From Trichinella spiralis (Eukaryota): DNA of 64,000 nucleotides. Positions within the stretch are counted from its first letter, which is position 1. Every line of letters starts with the position of its first letter. Shown one piece after another: positions 1-15,546 of this stretch. The stretch is from assembly GCF_000181795.1 (NCBI RefSeq), contig NW_003526948.1, positions 269,006 to 333,005 of the forward strand, in the 5' to 3' direction. A program made the position numbers and the translations under genes. A model generated the notes under the pieces. It was given only the letters and a program-made list of their open reading frames with translations, made no database searches and was not told where the DNA came from.

Positions 1-505
1 ATTGAAATTTTTTTTTCCACCAAGAGCCCTGTACATTTCTAGTATTCGAAATAAGTTTCTATCACTGTAGCTTTGCTGAGGGTCATTAAGGCTCCAGTCT
101 TCTGATAGATCGCATTTGATCATCTAGCAATTGAAATAGTATAAATTACACTATGCTAAAATAATGTTTCCATGCAAGCTGCTGAGAAGTTTGGAAAGTT
201 ATTTTCTATTCGAAATATTTAATTAACATTTATTATTTGTAACTGACCAAAATATTTGACTACTAAATTTGATCGACTTATTTTAAGTGTAATAATAAAA
301 TATAAATTTGCATTATCATTTATTCATAATTTATGAATTGTATTTAATAATTTTAATGTTTATCCTTTGTTATATAATTATGGCATTTTGATACTCAGTG
401 TTAATTAAGATTGCACTCTGCTTGACAATTAGCAATAATATTATTTTTCCGACATATGCAAAACTGTGCTATAATTGATTCCATCAGTTCATAACATCAG
501 CAATG

Positions 506-545
506 GCTAAACAAAATGTGAGTTGCCACTCACATTTTGTTTAGC
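506..545. repeat. Perfect 18-bp inverted repeat with 4-nt spacer
   Basis: gctaaacaaaatgtgagt-tgcc-actcacattttgtttagc; the two arms are exact reverse complements. Confidence 0.95.
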
Positions 546-3500
546 TTTTCAAAGATTTTAATTTTGGCACAAATGCCTTTATCAGAAAGTAAATTGCTTT
601 GGAGAAATTTTAAAAAAGGAAAAACAGAAAATAAAAGAAAAATAAGAGAATAATTTTACTCTCGTTTAGTGAGATTACAACAGAATATGGGTAAATTGGA
701 TCTTTTTAAAGAACATCAAATACTCTGCAATTGATGAAAGTAATTTCTGAAACTCATTTACACAACCTGCACAGTTTTTCAATTAAACTGATCGTCTTAT
801 TTTTTTATTTTCATTCATTTTTTCAACACTGATAAATATTTTTAAAAATATTCTTCTTATTCTGGTAATTTCGTCACGATATGTAAGTAAGTTTATATAA
901 ATAATTTTTATCCTTTGTTTCATAAATGCATATATAATAGTCTAGAAAAGCCACATTGGAAATTTCTAGAAAATCAGTTTTGAAATCAACTGACAATTGA
1001 ATTTGATCACATTTATTCTCTTGAAAACACTTTGCTATTAAAAATTTGCATATCCAGTTTTCTGTTAATGAAATATTATTAATGGCTTCCATTTTGCCTT
1101 GGCCTTTGATTTCAAAACAACTGTACTGTAATTTTGGCATATTGATGATGCTTGGAAATGTGTTTTTATTTTATTTTGTAAAGCACTTATTACTGAACAG
1201 TATTTAAAGAAAGTCAGTCGATTGAACAGCTCATCAGAATACAAATGTATACAAATTTAAAACAATGAACTGCATTTAACTGACAAGAGTTGCTAATTAA
1301 AATCAATACTGCACCAATGACCAGTTCTAATTAAAATTTGCTATATCAACGCATAATTATGTCACAGAATATTTTCCCCTTATTTGTAATACTTTTCAAA
1401 TGGATATTTGACAAAATTTTTTTGAACTTTAATCTTGTAATGTGATGCTTTATGAACTTGCATAGAAGCTACATTATTTTGTTTACTCTTTTAAATGACT
1501 ATTTTCACTTTACACTCATTACAGCTAATTGAACATCTTCTACTACGTTGTTCATATTTACAAAATGTGCGCACTCATCTATTTGTTTGTTTGCTAATTT
1601 GCATTTAAGAGATTTCATTATTGCAATGCAAATTTTCATTATCAGATGCATGAAACAATATCATGCTAATAATATAAAAGATGAGCAATAAATTCGATTC
1701 AAATGGCTGAAAAGTGAATATTGAGTGTGAAATGAAACTTTTAAGAATATCAAAATTGCTGTTCTTTGACTGCTCAAATGTATGATGCTTCTTTATATGA
1801 CGCATGCTTGCATGTACTGATTTGTTGCTTACAGTGCGTAATTTCATCATTTATATTGAAAGTTAAACTTTTTTTCAATTACCAATATTATATGTAATAA
1901 ACAGTGACAAATAACGATTGGTAGTGTTTTAAATATGCCTTCATTTAATAAGGACAGCGTAAAGTGATAAACTTAATCTTTCAAACTGAATGAATTTTTA
2001 CTTTCAGAAAATGAATTGTCTTTGCATTGGCATTGGATTAACTCTGAATTCAGTGATTTATTCAATTTTGCTAAAACTGAACCTTGTTGATTATTCTTTT
2101 GAAATTAAAAGATTTTTCAAAGCTGTTAAAGTTGTTTCTATTATGCATATGCGTAAGGGTTGATTTGAAATGATACACATTAAAGTATTTTATTATCAAA
2201 TTTGATGTTCAATTAATAATAAACTCTTTTTTATTTTTGTACTTTGAAATACATGCTGTTGGAGCAGATTTTAATGATTTTATTTTAAGTTAGTAAGTAT
2301 TAGCAATTTAGGGCTTCTTCGGTCAGTGATTTCATTAGCAAATAGAACAGAGGAGTACAATGATGCATGACTTTGATTAATTGTAAAATTTGAAATTCTT
2401 TAATTAGTATATTAATATTTACTGAAAAACTGATATGAAGAATGGAGAAAATCTTACTATCAGTAATCCAAGGAAAATTGCCATTCGCATGCTCAACTGC
2501 GCTAATGTGGACATGGTCTGCCGGAATAGTTACTCCCTAACCGCTGTGAAGAGATATCAGAATCGGAAACTGCTAGCACACAACGACTTTTTGGTAACTG
2601 AGAACTGCTGCCAGTTTTGAAATGAAAATTCCAGTCGGGGGCGTTCTATCATCAAAAGTGACCAATCCGCATGAGAAATTTATTCCAAGTGAAAATTTGA
2701 TCGATTGAAGCTGTCCCCACTAGCAGCATACCATGGTCAATTGTAAATATTTTTCAGAAGTGAACTTTCTGTCACACTGTTTTTACCCTTTGATGTGCGA
2801 CAGTAGTGGAATATTTTGTTCATCACTGCTATGATCAATTAGAAGAAACAAAAAAAATAATAAACTTCTTTGACATTCATTTATTTCAACCTCAATTTAT
2901 TGCTTCTAATTTCTACTCATCTGAGCATTCTTTTCACATAAAATTTCTTAAATAATCTTTTTTTTGACATTTTCAACTTTTTAAATGAATATTTTAAACA
3001 ATTGTTTCCTCCTTTGAATTCATCTTATTCCTATATTCTCAAGTTTCAAATAAATTTCTTTTAATAACATTTCTACGTTCATTTATGAATGTGAATTTTT
3101 TCAAACTAAATATACTGTTGGCAGTTCGATAGAAAAAAATGTTCATCTTTATAGCGCATATGATGTAGTGGATTTTTTTGCTCATCTCCAGCATCACCAG
3201 CTTCTACTGGTTAGCTGCAAATTTTAATGTCAATTTTTTTTGCTTGTTTTCAAAAATTATCAAATCGATTTACGTTTACCAGTCTCTTAACTTTAATGAT
3301 TTTAAAGTGTTGCATCATTGAATCTCTGGAGTATGGTATTTTGCTTTGGTATCATCGTTTTCAATTAAATTCTTCCATCTCACTGCTATAACAATGGCTA
3401 GCTTCGTTTCTTGACAATTATTTCATATTTTCTGTTTTCCAAATGTCAAGCAAATAATAGTACAAAATTCAATGAAATATTTAATTTAAAATGTGAGAAT

Positions 3501-5257
3501 GCATTTTAAATCAATTATTTTTTGACAGATCAAAACTTTTATTTGTATTTTACAAAAAGCAGGAGGAAAAAATTCGAATGATGAAATTGCACAAATGTCA
3601 CATGGAGATGCATCTTGGAGTTATGCAAATTGTTGAAGTTCAACGAACTTATACACATAATATTTCATAAATCCTAATTTCATTTTATTTATGAGTTTTG
3701 ATATTTTTGACACTTCTTAAAACAACTACACCTACGTTGTCATTTTTTACTTTTTTAAGCCATCCTTTGGTTTATGTGACTTAGAAAATTATCATAGATC
3801 ATTATCAACTGTGAGCAGTTTATCATGAAAAATAGCCAAATAAGAGCATGAATAAACAAGCAATGCAAATTAATCCATCTACCACTTCTGATAGTTGCAT
3901 AATAATGGAAAATCAAATGTTGTTGCTTTAACAATCATCATTAAAAAGTTATTACTTCTTTACAATTGATGAAATTAAAACTTTTAATAATAATTCGACA
4001 CTAAACAACATTCGGTTCTACTTTTTGCATAAAATTGGAAATTTATATGTCATGTAAATGCCACAATTTAAATATACACGTAGACATCATTTCGTTTTAA
4101 TACAAAGGAATAATTACTGAACATTACTTGAAATTATAAGAAAAAGTTGTTTATGCATAGCATCAGTAGATTAATTATTGCATGCTGATATTTCAATAGC
4201 ATTTTTTTATTACTCACATGTGTGTGTGTGTGTGTGTATAATATAGCCTTTTAAAATTAATGCAGATTTATTTCTGACATAAGAATATGAGAAAATTGTT
4301 CGCGTAATTGATTCAACAAAACACTGTTTAAGTGTTCATTTCTCACTTTGCACTAAAAAGTAAAATTATTGATTTTAGTTCATTCTTAAATTGTTTAATT
4401 GACCAGTGAGCAGTAGCATTATTGGCATATATGAAAAATATATGACATTACTTTGTTTTGTAAATTATGAAAAAGGCATAAATTGAAATTAATAGTTAGT
4501 TTAACTATTTTATGCTGCTCAATCAAAGAGTTATATTTTACTTAATAATTTTGTCACTTATAAATAACATCAAGAAGTTTAACAATTCCTCTATTTTCTG
4601 ATAGATTTTACAAAACTATTCAATAATGACAAATTGCGATACTGTTATTATTTTTGCATGCTTATAAATTTTGATTCGAACATCTTTATCATTTCGCGTC
4701 CTGTGAGATAATATTGTTTACTGTTGTGATTCAAACATATATTAGTAAATCCAGCGTTATTAATTTGCTAATATAATTTGAAATCATGCGAAAGATAAGT
4801 TCAACTGCTGCACATGGAAATACATTCATCCGTTGCGTGATGTTTACATGATTAGCAAAGCAAATTAGACAAAGGTGGAAACGCATGTTTTCAAAGCACA
4901 AGTAATTGAAAGAACTTTATTTAGCGTCCTCGCATTAAATTAGTAAATTCATTGGGCTATTTTTAACACTAATCATGGCTAACTTTATATTTTAATAGTA
5001 TGTTATAAATATGCAGTAGTGTTTGTTCATAATTGCAGTATCACCCTAGTTTCTATGAATGCAGATCTACAAAACTTTTAGATGGAAGCAAATACAATAA
5101 TAAAAACATTATTCATTGATATTTTATTCAATACTGCAATAATATAAAAGCTGCTTTATTATTATTATTATTCTTATAAAAAAATATGGTAAAAAAGATT
5201 TTAATTACATAAATAGAATTTTTACGTTTGATGCAATTAAAAGAAAAACCTTGGCAG

Positions 5258-5260
<3 letters not shown>

Positions 5261-5295
<35 letters not shown>
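5261..5295. repeat. (AT)n microsatellite
   Basis: Direct read. Confidence 0.95.
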
Positions 5296-5297
<2 letters not shown>

Positions 5298-8200
5298 TAG
5301 GTAATTCATATTTTTTAATGGATTTACGTATATTGAGAATAATGAGATTTTATTTTATTTTATTTTATTTTATTATATTATCCAGTTCTGTTAATCAATT
5401 AATTTCTTTTGCTGTCATTTTTATGCGCAAATTCAATGCTCCATTACGTTATTTGAAATAAATCTTTCTCGAAATCATAAATCATTCACTTTGAATTATT
5501 TACATGAAACAATGTGCGCTAATAAAATATTGAAAAATCTATATAATATTGTAAATAAATTATGAATTTATTTGTATATTTAAAAACTCGTTTATCAATT
5601 ATTTGCAAATCAATTGTGCCAATGCAATACTTTAGGTGTACTTTCACATGACAAGTGAATGCTTCGTGCTAATTTCTTTTTTCCTTTGCCAAATTACTTT
5701 TTAAATAAAAATAAATTAATGCTTTTTAATTATTTCTAAGTAAAGAAATAAACGACAAAAAGTTAAATCCCATTTGTTTTCTTTGTTTTGCAAAAGCCAC
5801 ATGAAGACTTCCGTTCACAACTGCTGAAGGAAGGTTTAAATTTGTAAATAATTACAGAAAGGTACATATGGAATATATGAAAATGTTGTAAAATTGAAAG
5901 TTTATTATGAAAAGGAGAAAAAATCTTTAATTTGATTGTGAGGTAAACAATTTAGTACAGTAATTTTAGAGAGGAAACAAATTACATTCAAATTAAGCAT
6001 CTGGAACATTGAACAACTTATTTCATACAAGTTTGTATTAAGGAATAATATTTAAAATGGACATGTAATGTTATGAAAATGTTCACATCAAGTGAAATTT
6101 TAAGCATTTTATGATGCATCAGAAACCTGAACATCATTGTTTAAGAAATTACTGCAGTAATTTTATTTATTGTTTCCTTCATTACGCTATTTTCTTATAT
6201 GGAATGCAGGCAAAGATATACAGTAGAAAATTTAATGTATAATTTAAAAAAATAAATGAATTTGAAATAGTTTACCTGAAAATTGTTAAATTTTTGTAAT
6301 TGAATGGTGTAATAGACAAATGTTTGTTCAGGTAATGATGAATTGTACGAAATTTTGATGAGAAATATGTTATGAAATGTAAAATTAGATATAATTTATG
6401 TTTTATTTTTCATTTGAATGCTAATGAATGTTCATGTTAACAAAAGGGGGAAAAAGATGAACAGAAGTTGCTATTCGATAGATTAACCTCTGCAAAAGGG
6501 ACAGTTGAAATTGATGAATGTTAAAATTGAAATTTTCAAGCAAATTATGAATAGATTGAGCTGTAGATTTGATCAAATTTGGGTAGAATATGCAAATTGT
6601 AGTGCGATTAATAATTCACCTGACGAGTGTATTGTAATTTCAGTGTTTTGTCAAAAGAAAGAATAGCCAATAAAAGAAGGCAAAGAAAGCGGTAAGAATT
6701 CTTTTTTTAAGTTAATGGTAAATTGCTTGTTAGAATACAATCAATAGATGGATTTGAAACTACAAATTAAGGGTCAGTTCACTTTGTGTGACAATGCTTT
6801 GTAGATCAATGGAGTGGGATTTTCTTTTGTAATTCTTATTGTAAAGAGAAATAGGAATAGTTTTCAGTTGTCAAGTGAATAGCATTGTTTGTGATGAATC
6901 TTTGCCAAAATTGGCGTCATTTCTGTGTTCACATGTTCAAAGTTTGCAAATTTCTGCCGATGAGCATACTGTAGAAGGTGAAAAGTGAAGGTGAAAGTGT
7001 AAATTGTTCATTTTTGTGTGCAAGTGGGAATAAAAAGTACAGTTTTGCACACAAACAGATTCTTGGGACAATATTTGCCCATTTTGATACAGAAGACCTC
7101 TTCAAGTAATAGAATAAGAAAGAAGTTACAATAAACCGTTTGTCGTTCTTTGGCAAGGAACTGTCGATCACGGGTCAGCGCTGATGATACTTGGCCGGAA
7201 ACACGAATCACAGTTTATTTGTGTCGCATTTTTGCTGCACAATACCCCGCAGATCGGGCATGTACCCCATTGTTGTCTTGAAGGACAGACAAACTGCATG
7301 CCTTGCATTGGTCTTTGTTGTCGTGCAAAAACAAAATTGGGCAATTGTACAAACTTTGCACACTCGAATTTGAATAGGCCGCAGATTCAAGTGGCCTAGA
7401 TTGTCGTTGCTGGTCCATCATTAACAATACAAGGGGTGTTAAAGCCCATTAATTTTCGATCAATCTGATTACGACCCCCGCATCTTGCCATTGAGCAGAA
7501 CGTTAGGCGATGAGCACCGAAAATCATCTGGAGATAGGTCACACTGTCTTCAGATTCTCATATAACAATGTGGATATGCTTGTACTCTCACAGCCAGATT
7601 TTCTGACGTTTTATATTTCTTTTCATTATAAACAATAAGATCATTTTTACAACAGAATGACTTGCTCGCCCACATTGTGTCTAAGACTTTTTGTCTGCCA
7701 TAACAAATGATAATGTTTTCCTATATGTTATATGTATTTGTATATAATACCTGAAAATCTTTTTTTTTCCTTCATTCTCACGTAAACTGTGGAACCTATT
7801 AGAAATGCTTTTATGCAACATTTCTCATTTAACAGTGATTTTTCAAATGAATTTTAATTTAAAATATGTTTTTGTTTTCCCTTTTTTAAATAACACAACT
7901 GTGCATTATTATTTTTTTTCAATTTTAATTTATTATGAATAATAACTACTAATAGGATTTTTATTGACTGAATCTGCTGTTTCAAAACCATGAGACGAAT
8001 TTAATTACAGCTGCTTTGTGCCAATTATGATAAATTGTTTTCTTTTTGCAAAGTGCATAAATAATAATAAGCAAGCGTAAAAATATATTGACATGGTGAA
8101 AAATGCTTATTGAACAACAAAATAACCCCTTTTCTGGAGTAATTACACACCATTGTCCATTCCAGTTAGGTTTTATTGTTAAAAAACATTAATTAAAGCT

Positions 8201-11200
8201 TTTAATCGCTTTGTATCTGAGAAATTCATGTTTAAATTATTAGAAAGAGAAAGCAGTCGACTATTATTAATGTGAAGCCAAGCATCGCATTTATGGTGTT
8301 TTCCAGTTTGCCTGAGCGAGTAATGTTTGACATGCGCAACTCTTTTCTGTTGAAAAGGTTCATTTTCATATTTGTGCCTTTCAGTCGTCACAAGTGCGCA
8401 CTTGAAAATTTTAAAAAGCTACCTTTTAATACTGCCTAAACAAAAATACCATTTACAATTGTTGCCGAGCAATTGTTGTGATGATGCTGCAATGGAAAAA
8501 CGACAACTTTAAAATTATTATGCTTTGTCATTTTGACAAGAGAACTAAATAATAAATTTTATTTTTATAAATTAAAAGATTGTTTAGTATAAACACGTTC
8601 GTCCAGTCTAAATAATTTGCTTGGAAACTTGTTTCTCAACAAGCATTCAAAATACATTTTTATTAAAATTCTAATTAAAAAGAAATAATACAATAATAAT
8701 AATAAACGACGTTTCAAATGATCAACTCTGTTTGTTACGCTTTTGGCAGCATCAAATGCTTTTGCAAAAATTAACAGATGAGCAAGTGAAATGGTCTGAA
8801 AATTTAACCTGAATTTATTCTATCATTGAAATATAAAATTTAAAAAAAACACTGCTTTTGAACGCTTGTCCAGCTTTAAGCAATTTGACAATAAATTATT
8901 CTTTGCATGCTTTTCAAAATATATGCTGCACTGCAGCTTTCATGAATAATTTACAATATCAAATTGGGCTAACACTTTAGCATGAAGTGCTTTTTTTCTT
9001 TCATGTTGTATTTCTAACTTTCAGCATTGTAATTATTTGCAATTATATCGACTCATTTTAAGTAAAGTTTTCGTTATACATTAATCTGTTTGAATCAGAT
9101 CAATCTTGTGAACGATTTGCACACTTATCTTGTGTATTGCCCTTCCGGCAGTTCGCACGTTTGAAAAGCCTTCAGATATCAGGAGCTCAAAGTTTATCCG
9201 GTCATTAGTTTGTACGGAAGTTCTTTATTCACACACTGCTTTATTACTACTCTAAAGATAGTAATTGTAAATTTTAAAGCTTCTTTTGAAATTGCTTGAA
9301 TAGCTTTCACGATAATGCACGAGCTATTGGGTTATTCCTGTCACACCACATGATAACAGCCGAACACCAAAGCCGGCATAACAACAATTGAAACTTCATA
9401 AATTTACCAAATATTGTGCAGAGATGCCTGCTATTTAATCATAATTAACATGTAATGCTAATCCAATCAAGCATGCAATTCGAATATACGTTGCAATTGT
9501 ACTTTATAAATGAACATGCATTGGGGGTAATTTTTCATCAGCAGTAAAATTGCTCATAACTGTTTCACTGATAGTGTGATTTTAGTCTATGCGTAAAAAT
9601 TTTAACGTTTTTTTTTGCAATTTAAGCGATTTTAGTAGCCAGTGCTTACTAATTGCATAAGTGCATAGGTGAATTGGTTTCATAAACAAGGAAATGCGTT
9701 CCATGAACTTTTTCTTCACCTTTTAATTGCAAAAAACAATAAAGTTCTCAAATTAATTAACCACTTGCTTAGCTGGTTATTTGAAATCACCTAAGGAATG
9801 TCGAAATTTTATAAGCTCACTTTGCATGTATAATTCCTGCAATTTATTTTCATCTAATATCACTGCATATCGTACAGTGCAAAAGTCAGTTTTAGTGGGT
9901 CATTTTTATGTTATTTTATTCATTAATATTTCTGCAATAATAAAAACATTTCTTTTATTTATTCTTTTGAATTTTGCTGCACTTTTGACTTAATCAATGA
10001 CTGGGAGCTTTTGTTTCACATCGCTGCTGTCAATTTTATATATTTTGTGATTTTTATCAAATTTTGAGATTGAGTCGTATTTTCACAATTCGATTGTTCA
10101 AACGTACACTTGTGCAGTTGTCTGGTAATAAAAATCTTTTTACAGATATACTTTGTCAGGGTTAATGATTTATGCAATTTTAATTTTACCATTATAAAGC
10201 AAATTAACAGGTTGCACAGAATGTTTCAGTCAGTAAGCTATTTGACTTATTTAAACAGTTGTTAATTGTCTTTATAATTGATTCCGTTTTATTACAGACA
10301 TTGCAGTTTTGTAGAATTTATTAAATTAAATGGACGTGTTTATGAAAGATGAATTGGAAGGAAAATTTGTTATCCAAGTTCATTATAATTGTAAAACAAG
10401 TGACGCCTCAATATGCTGCATTGAAATACACAAATAAAAATTTAATTAGCATTATCAGCGGTATTTCAGCATTACACGGCGCAGTGAATAAGCTTTTATG
10501 CAGAAAGAAATAACTGAGGCTTTTATTTGAAAGTCACATTATTTAAAAGCTTCAGTAATATATCATAGCTTTTCTTTAATCTATAAACCTGTATCCTATT
10601 TTCCTGAAGAATAATTGTAATTTAAAATGTTATACACTGCTTGACTATAATTATTAATGTCGATGCATTGACTTAAATTTCAAATATGAAAAAAGCGGTT
10701 TTCAAAACAGCACCTTAAATCACTTACTTTAATGAGATAAGATGAGTCATTTGATTATTATCTTCAGCTGCAGCCAGTTGGGCTTCTATTGTTGTAAAAT
10801 GATTACACTTATTTTTATCTAACATTACTCTGACATGTCAGTGTTCACAGTAACTTAGTTATGTCAGTTAATTAATTAAAAAGTCATTTGTTGAATGTTT
10901 TTCGATTCATTTGAAATTTAGCAATAACTAGAATAACAAGTACCTGGCTTCTTGAGGAGTTTTGCATTCTACAGGCTAACAACAAAATTAATTGTAAATA
11001 AATGCTTCAATGCTGACGAAGAAAAAGTTGCATTCTTGTGCTTTAATATAGTATTGTCATTTGCTATCGATAGTCGACTACAGCACAATTGGGTTCTGGT
11101 TTCTTATTCAGTATTTTCTTTTTTATATTCTCACATTTTCTCAATATTAACAAATTGCATAAGATTTTTGCATTAAAATAAATTAGCTGGCTACGATTCA

Positions 11201-14200
11201 TTTAAATGTTTAAATGACGTGTTTTTTGTTCTGCATTGTGTAGCATAACACAGTTTAATGTGAACATTTATATTGGAAATCAATTTTTTTTACTTTAAGG
11301 CAATTACAGAACATAAAAAAATAGCACAGATTCTTTTTTATTTTAATATTATTAAACACTAAAAATATGTATAATATTCATTAGTTATTTTTATTAAATC
11401 ACAATTAAAATAATATTCACTTCTGTAGGCAAAGTATTTTAAATTTCGCAGTAATACAAGCAGGCGTTGGAAAATGGTGATGTCATTTCTTGCTGTTAGT
11501 GCGCAATTTCACCTGCAGAATGCCCCATAAGTGAAACTCCCTTATTTAGCGATGAAGAAACTGCTCTTTGTAGGGACTTTGTTTTATAATAAGTATTCCA
11601 CTTCCAAGCACTTGCTAATTAATTGCTTAACAGTTCTATTATTTCATATATAAATTAAAGTGAATTGGGAAGCGACAATGAAAATAGCTATATTCTAAAT
11701 GTAATAAATGTACAGGAAATGAAATTCTTCATCTTTGCAAGCAGCAAGCTTCAACAATGGCCTTTCAATGGTGTCTTTTATTGCCATGACATTAAGATAT
11801 TTTTTCATAATTGTAATTTCAATTGAAATGATTTGCAGCGTGTATTAGCTGAAAGTAACATCGAAGAATGCATGCGCTTACAAAAGATTGTCAATATTAC
11901 AGCACTGATATTGGACAGCTGTTCAGTGTATGCTTTAAGAAAATGGCTTTGATGCTAGATGGTGCTTGAAAGTGAACGAAGTCAGCTTTCAAGTGCTGCT
12001 AAGCAGCGAAGCGCTGACACTGCGATGGAGAAGAGGCAGTGGCATATGAGAGCATTAACGTTTAATTGGCTTCTTGAGAACCAGTAGCGTATGGCAACCT
12101 TGTGGGGTGTCTTAGGAGCACGTGGTAATACATCAAATACTATTGTCACCAGCAACAGAGCCTGAGCATTGTGCAGATGACAAAATTTACTTAGGGATGT
12201 CACCAGTCACAACGGGAGATCTTTTGCTTAACGTTTTCAACATCAATACGTTTAAAGCATTATGAATATAATCATAACCGCTTTAATGCAAATGATGTGC
12301 ATTGTAAACAGTGACGACTAGCTATTAACTGCACGACGGGTAGGTCCGACTCCCGCTTAGTAAAGTCATCATCAAGCAACCATTCTATGGATAAAAAGCA
12401 GAGGTGTGAGGCGCAATAATAATGCAACCAATCAATGAGCTACCACGACGACCATTGTCCAGTAGTCGATTGATATATTGTGTGAGTAGATAAACAGCGT
12501 TTGGAAACGGGACAAACTTTGGACAATCAGCAGAAGAAAGCAAGGGTCGTTGGCCAGCGGGGATGCTAATTATAATAACGCGTTTTTCAAGCCAATCTGA
12601 CCCCAATGTGAAATGAATGCCTAGTTAAAGTTCTCCACATCGAAATGTAAATGCTGTGCCCCAGACTAAACAATGTGGCAGCCAGAAGGCAGTCAGCAGG
12701 AATCAGCTGCATGTACCATCAAAATAAGAATTTTAGTGACCCTTGAATTTACCACGACTAGTCATTATTCACACCTGAGCTGTACTATACTGAGCATGAA
12801 CCTCATTGTGAATATACAAAGTCATATAAACACAATTATTCTTCACAATGCTAATAAAATCTATTAGCTCCACCTATTTTTCTCACGTCTGTTTTCTCCA
12901 ACATTCTGGCATAGTAAATGAATGGCTTCTTTAAACTTATCATTAGCATTTTGAAAAGCAAGTAATTCAATTGATGCCTCAGTGAAACGAGAATGTGCAT
13001 CTATTTGAACCGATGTTCATACATAAAATGAGGTTTTACTTTCATTTATTGCATGTTGCTTATAAAGTTTATTGCAGATTAAAAAAATAATCAAGTAAAT
13101 CAGAACATTGAACTGAATGTTGTTTAAACTGGGCATATCAAATTAATATCAAAAACAGTTTACAGATTTAACTGTATAAAATTGACTTATTTTGCCAGAC
13201 TGATGCTGATATGTGACAGTTTAGCATTTAAGAATGCAAAGTCATTTAAACTTAAAGTAGTACAAGTTTTCACTCACAACTGATGCTCTCATTTATAATT
13301 ACAACAAATAAAGCATGATAGGATTTTAATTTGCAGTGCAATAGCAAAAATGTATGAGCATCGTGAATAAGGCTTCATAAATAATTGGATTAAAAATTGT
13401 TTTTCTTTGTGCTAAAGCAACCTTTACTGGCTATTGTGATTTTAAGAGCCAATACTTCAGAGTGCTAAACAAAGGGTTTAAATGAAGTTACTTGACTTTT
13501 TCAAGCCTATAGCAGTGCATCTGTGGCCAAGTGAAAAAGTAACTTTTGCCAATAATTAGTGCATTGAAACTGACGTTAAGCACGTGTAAATAAATGTTTG
13601 CAGTCTATTTGAACGGCAATTTGCTATTAAAGAGAAGTATCTCAAGCTTAATTGGATGTTTCAATAGACGAGTCCAAATTGCCAACTTTGAAAATGAGAA
13701 AATTGGTTACAGTTTAATTCTATTTTTGAGGAATAAAATCAGCCAAACAAGGCGTTCAATTTTGCTTGGTGAGGTAATTTTATTGAAACTTTTCAACCGC
13801 TACTTCAATTGATTGTCGACGACCACTACGGGAAGTGAAGTTCCGATGATGTGCATTACGTTTCCCAACAAGCGAATAACAGACTTCTTCAGTTTATCAA
13901 AACATCTTTAGCAAGAAATCGACATTTATAAACTGGCTTCTTAAGGAAAATTGTTTATCCGAATCATTTTCTGAAATAATACAAATGCAATAGTTAACAT
14001 TAGCAAATGGCACGCATGAATGATTTATCATGAAACAATAAATGAAGAAGAATTCAAAATTTGCATAATAATTTTCTCTTCATGCAAAGAGTATTTCAGA
14101 TAAGTTTGTTCAATATTTGCAAGCTTTGCAATGACCAGAGCAGAGCATTCGAGAATGCTGGTTTTGACTTTTGGTTTTAAAATGGCACGTTGCAGCGTTT

Positions 14201-15507
14201 TGGAAAGTATTGACTTTTCTAACCTGATCACGATTACTGTAAGCTGAGTTGTGGACCGCTTTCAGTGCGTCGGTTTGAAGTTGGATTTTCCAACTTCATG
14301 AAAGGACCCTTATGGGCGGTTGATTGGAAAATAGTCGTAGGGAACATGATGTTGAGAGCCAAAATAATAGCATCTGTGCACTTGAAGCAGGTCAGGTTTT
14401 GCCTGTTTTTCAGGCCGAATTAGGTTTGTTTATTTACAACGGCATTATATGGTCAGCGTTCGACGTGTGCTCTATTGTTACCAATATTTGTAACAAGTTG
14501 CACTCAATTTATTCTGCCGACGAGGCTATTCACCAGGAAGATTATTTCTGCGGTAGCTGGCGGTCCATTGTGCACTGCTACGCACTTACCATTCCCCTCT
14601 TCTTCTATCCATCCATCTAATTCATTCGTCATTCAACTGCTTTTTTCTGCACAATGTTAATGGAGCAAAATTTTCTTTTAAATTTGACTTGAAATTTTCA
14701 CTGCAACAAAATTGGCAATCATCTATAGAAGATGCAATGAAATAAAAATACCACATAAAAAATGTTAAAATTGCTAATTGTTGTGTTTCATTCAATGCTC
14801 CTATTTCATCTATTTAATAACTAACCAGTTGCAGTTTATAAAATTAATCTATTAGTAGGTTAATAAATTGCATTCGTTTCACAAAAAATTTGCATATACA
14901 TGTTCATCTCATGCTGCTAGCAGATGCGAAACATTCGTATAGTAATATGATGAATCGATTGACACAATTCGTTCGTTACGCTTATAATTGAAATGTAGCA
15001 ATTTTGTTTTTGAAAATTTATGCAAATGAAATATTAATCAATCTACTTGGTAAACAAATGTCACTTTACCATGTTCAACAGAATATGTTATAATGCATAT
15101 TAATTTAGATTATTAGATTATGTTGGATTATAGATCATAAGTGTAATTTGTTGTGATTGTGAAATTAAGCAAACAGTGATTATGATTTGAATATGCTTCA
15201 CATTTAGTGTAAATATGCAATATTGTAACTATTTATTGGATGCAAGTCTTTTGCTGATAAATAATTTACAGGGAAAATCGGAAGTGAGATGATGATTTGA
15301 TGTTTTTTGCCTAAATAAGCAACCGTTAGTGTATAGATCAGGGTGTTGTTGATTTCAGTATCCAGTGCCGACAATAAATATTTGACGCCCGTTGTCAATG
15401 TTATTAGTGACGGCGATTGTTTCAGTAACAATGGACACTCGTGCAGCGATCGAAAATAAGCGCCAACCTTCCCAATCTGAAAATCGTCTTCCCAACCCTC
15501 CCCCCCT

Positions 15508-15508
<1 letters not shown>

Positions 15509-15541
<33 letters not shown>
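15509..15541. repeat. (CA)n microsatellite
   Basis: Direct read; it generates the spurious VCVCVC/HTHTH ORFs. Confidence 0.95.

Positions 15542-15546
<5 letters not shown>

Noticed and set aside
874..1140. 88-aa ATG-initiated minus-strand ORF
   Set aside because: No recognisable motif and no supporting splice chain; the length is within the chance range.
6445..6600. GTVEIDE peptide reminiscent of the Merlin/IS1595 transposase VEIDE motif
   Set aside because: Immediately followed by stop codons, with no further DDE motifs, terminal inverted repeats or target-site duplication visible.
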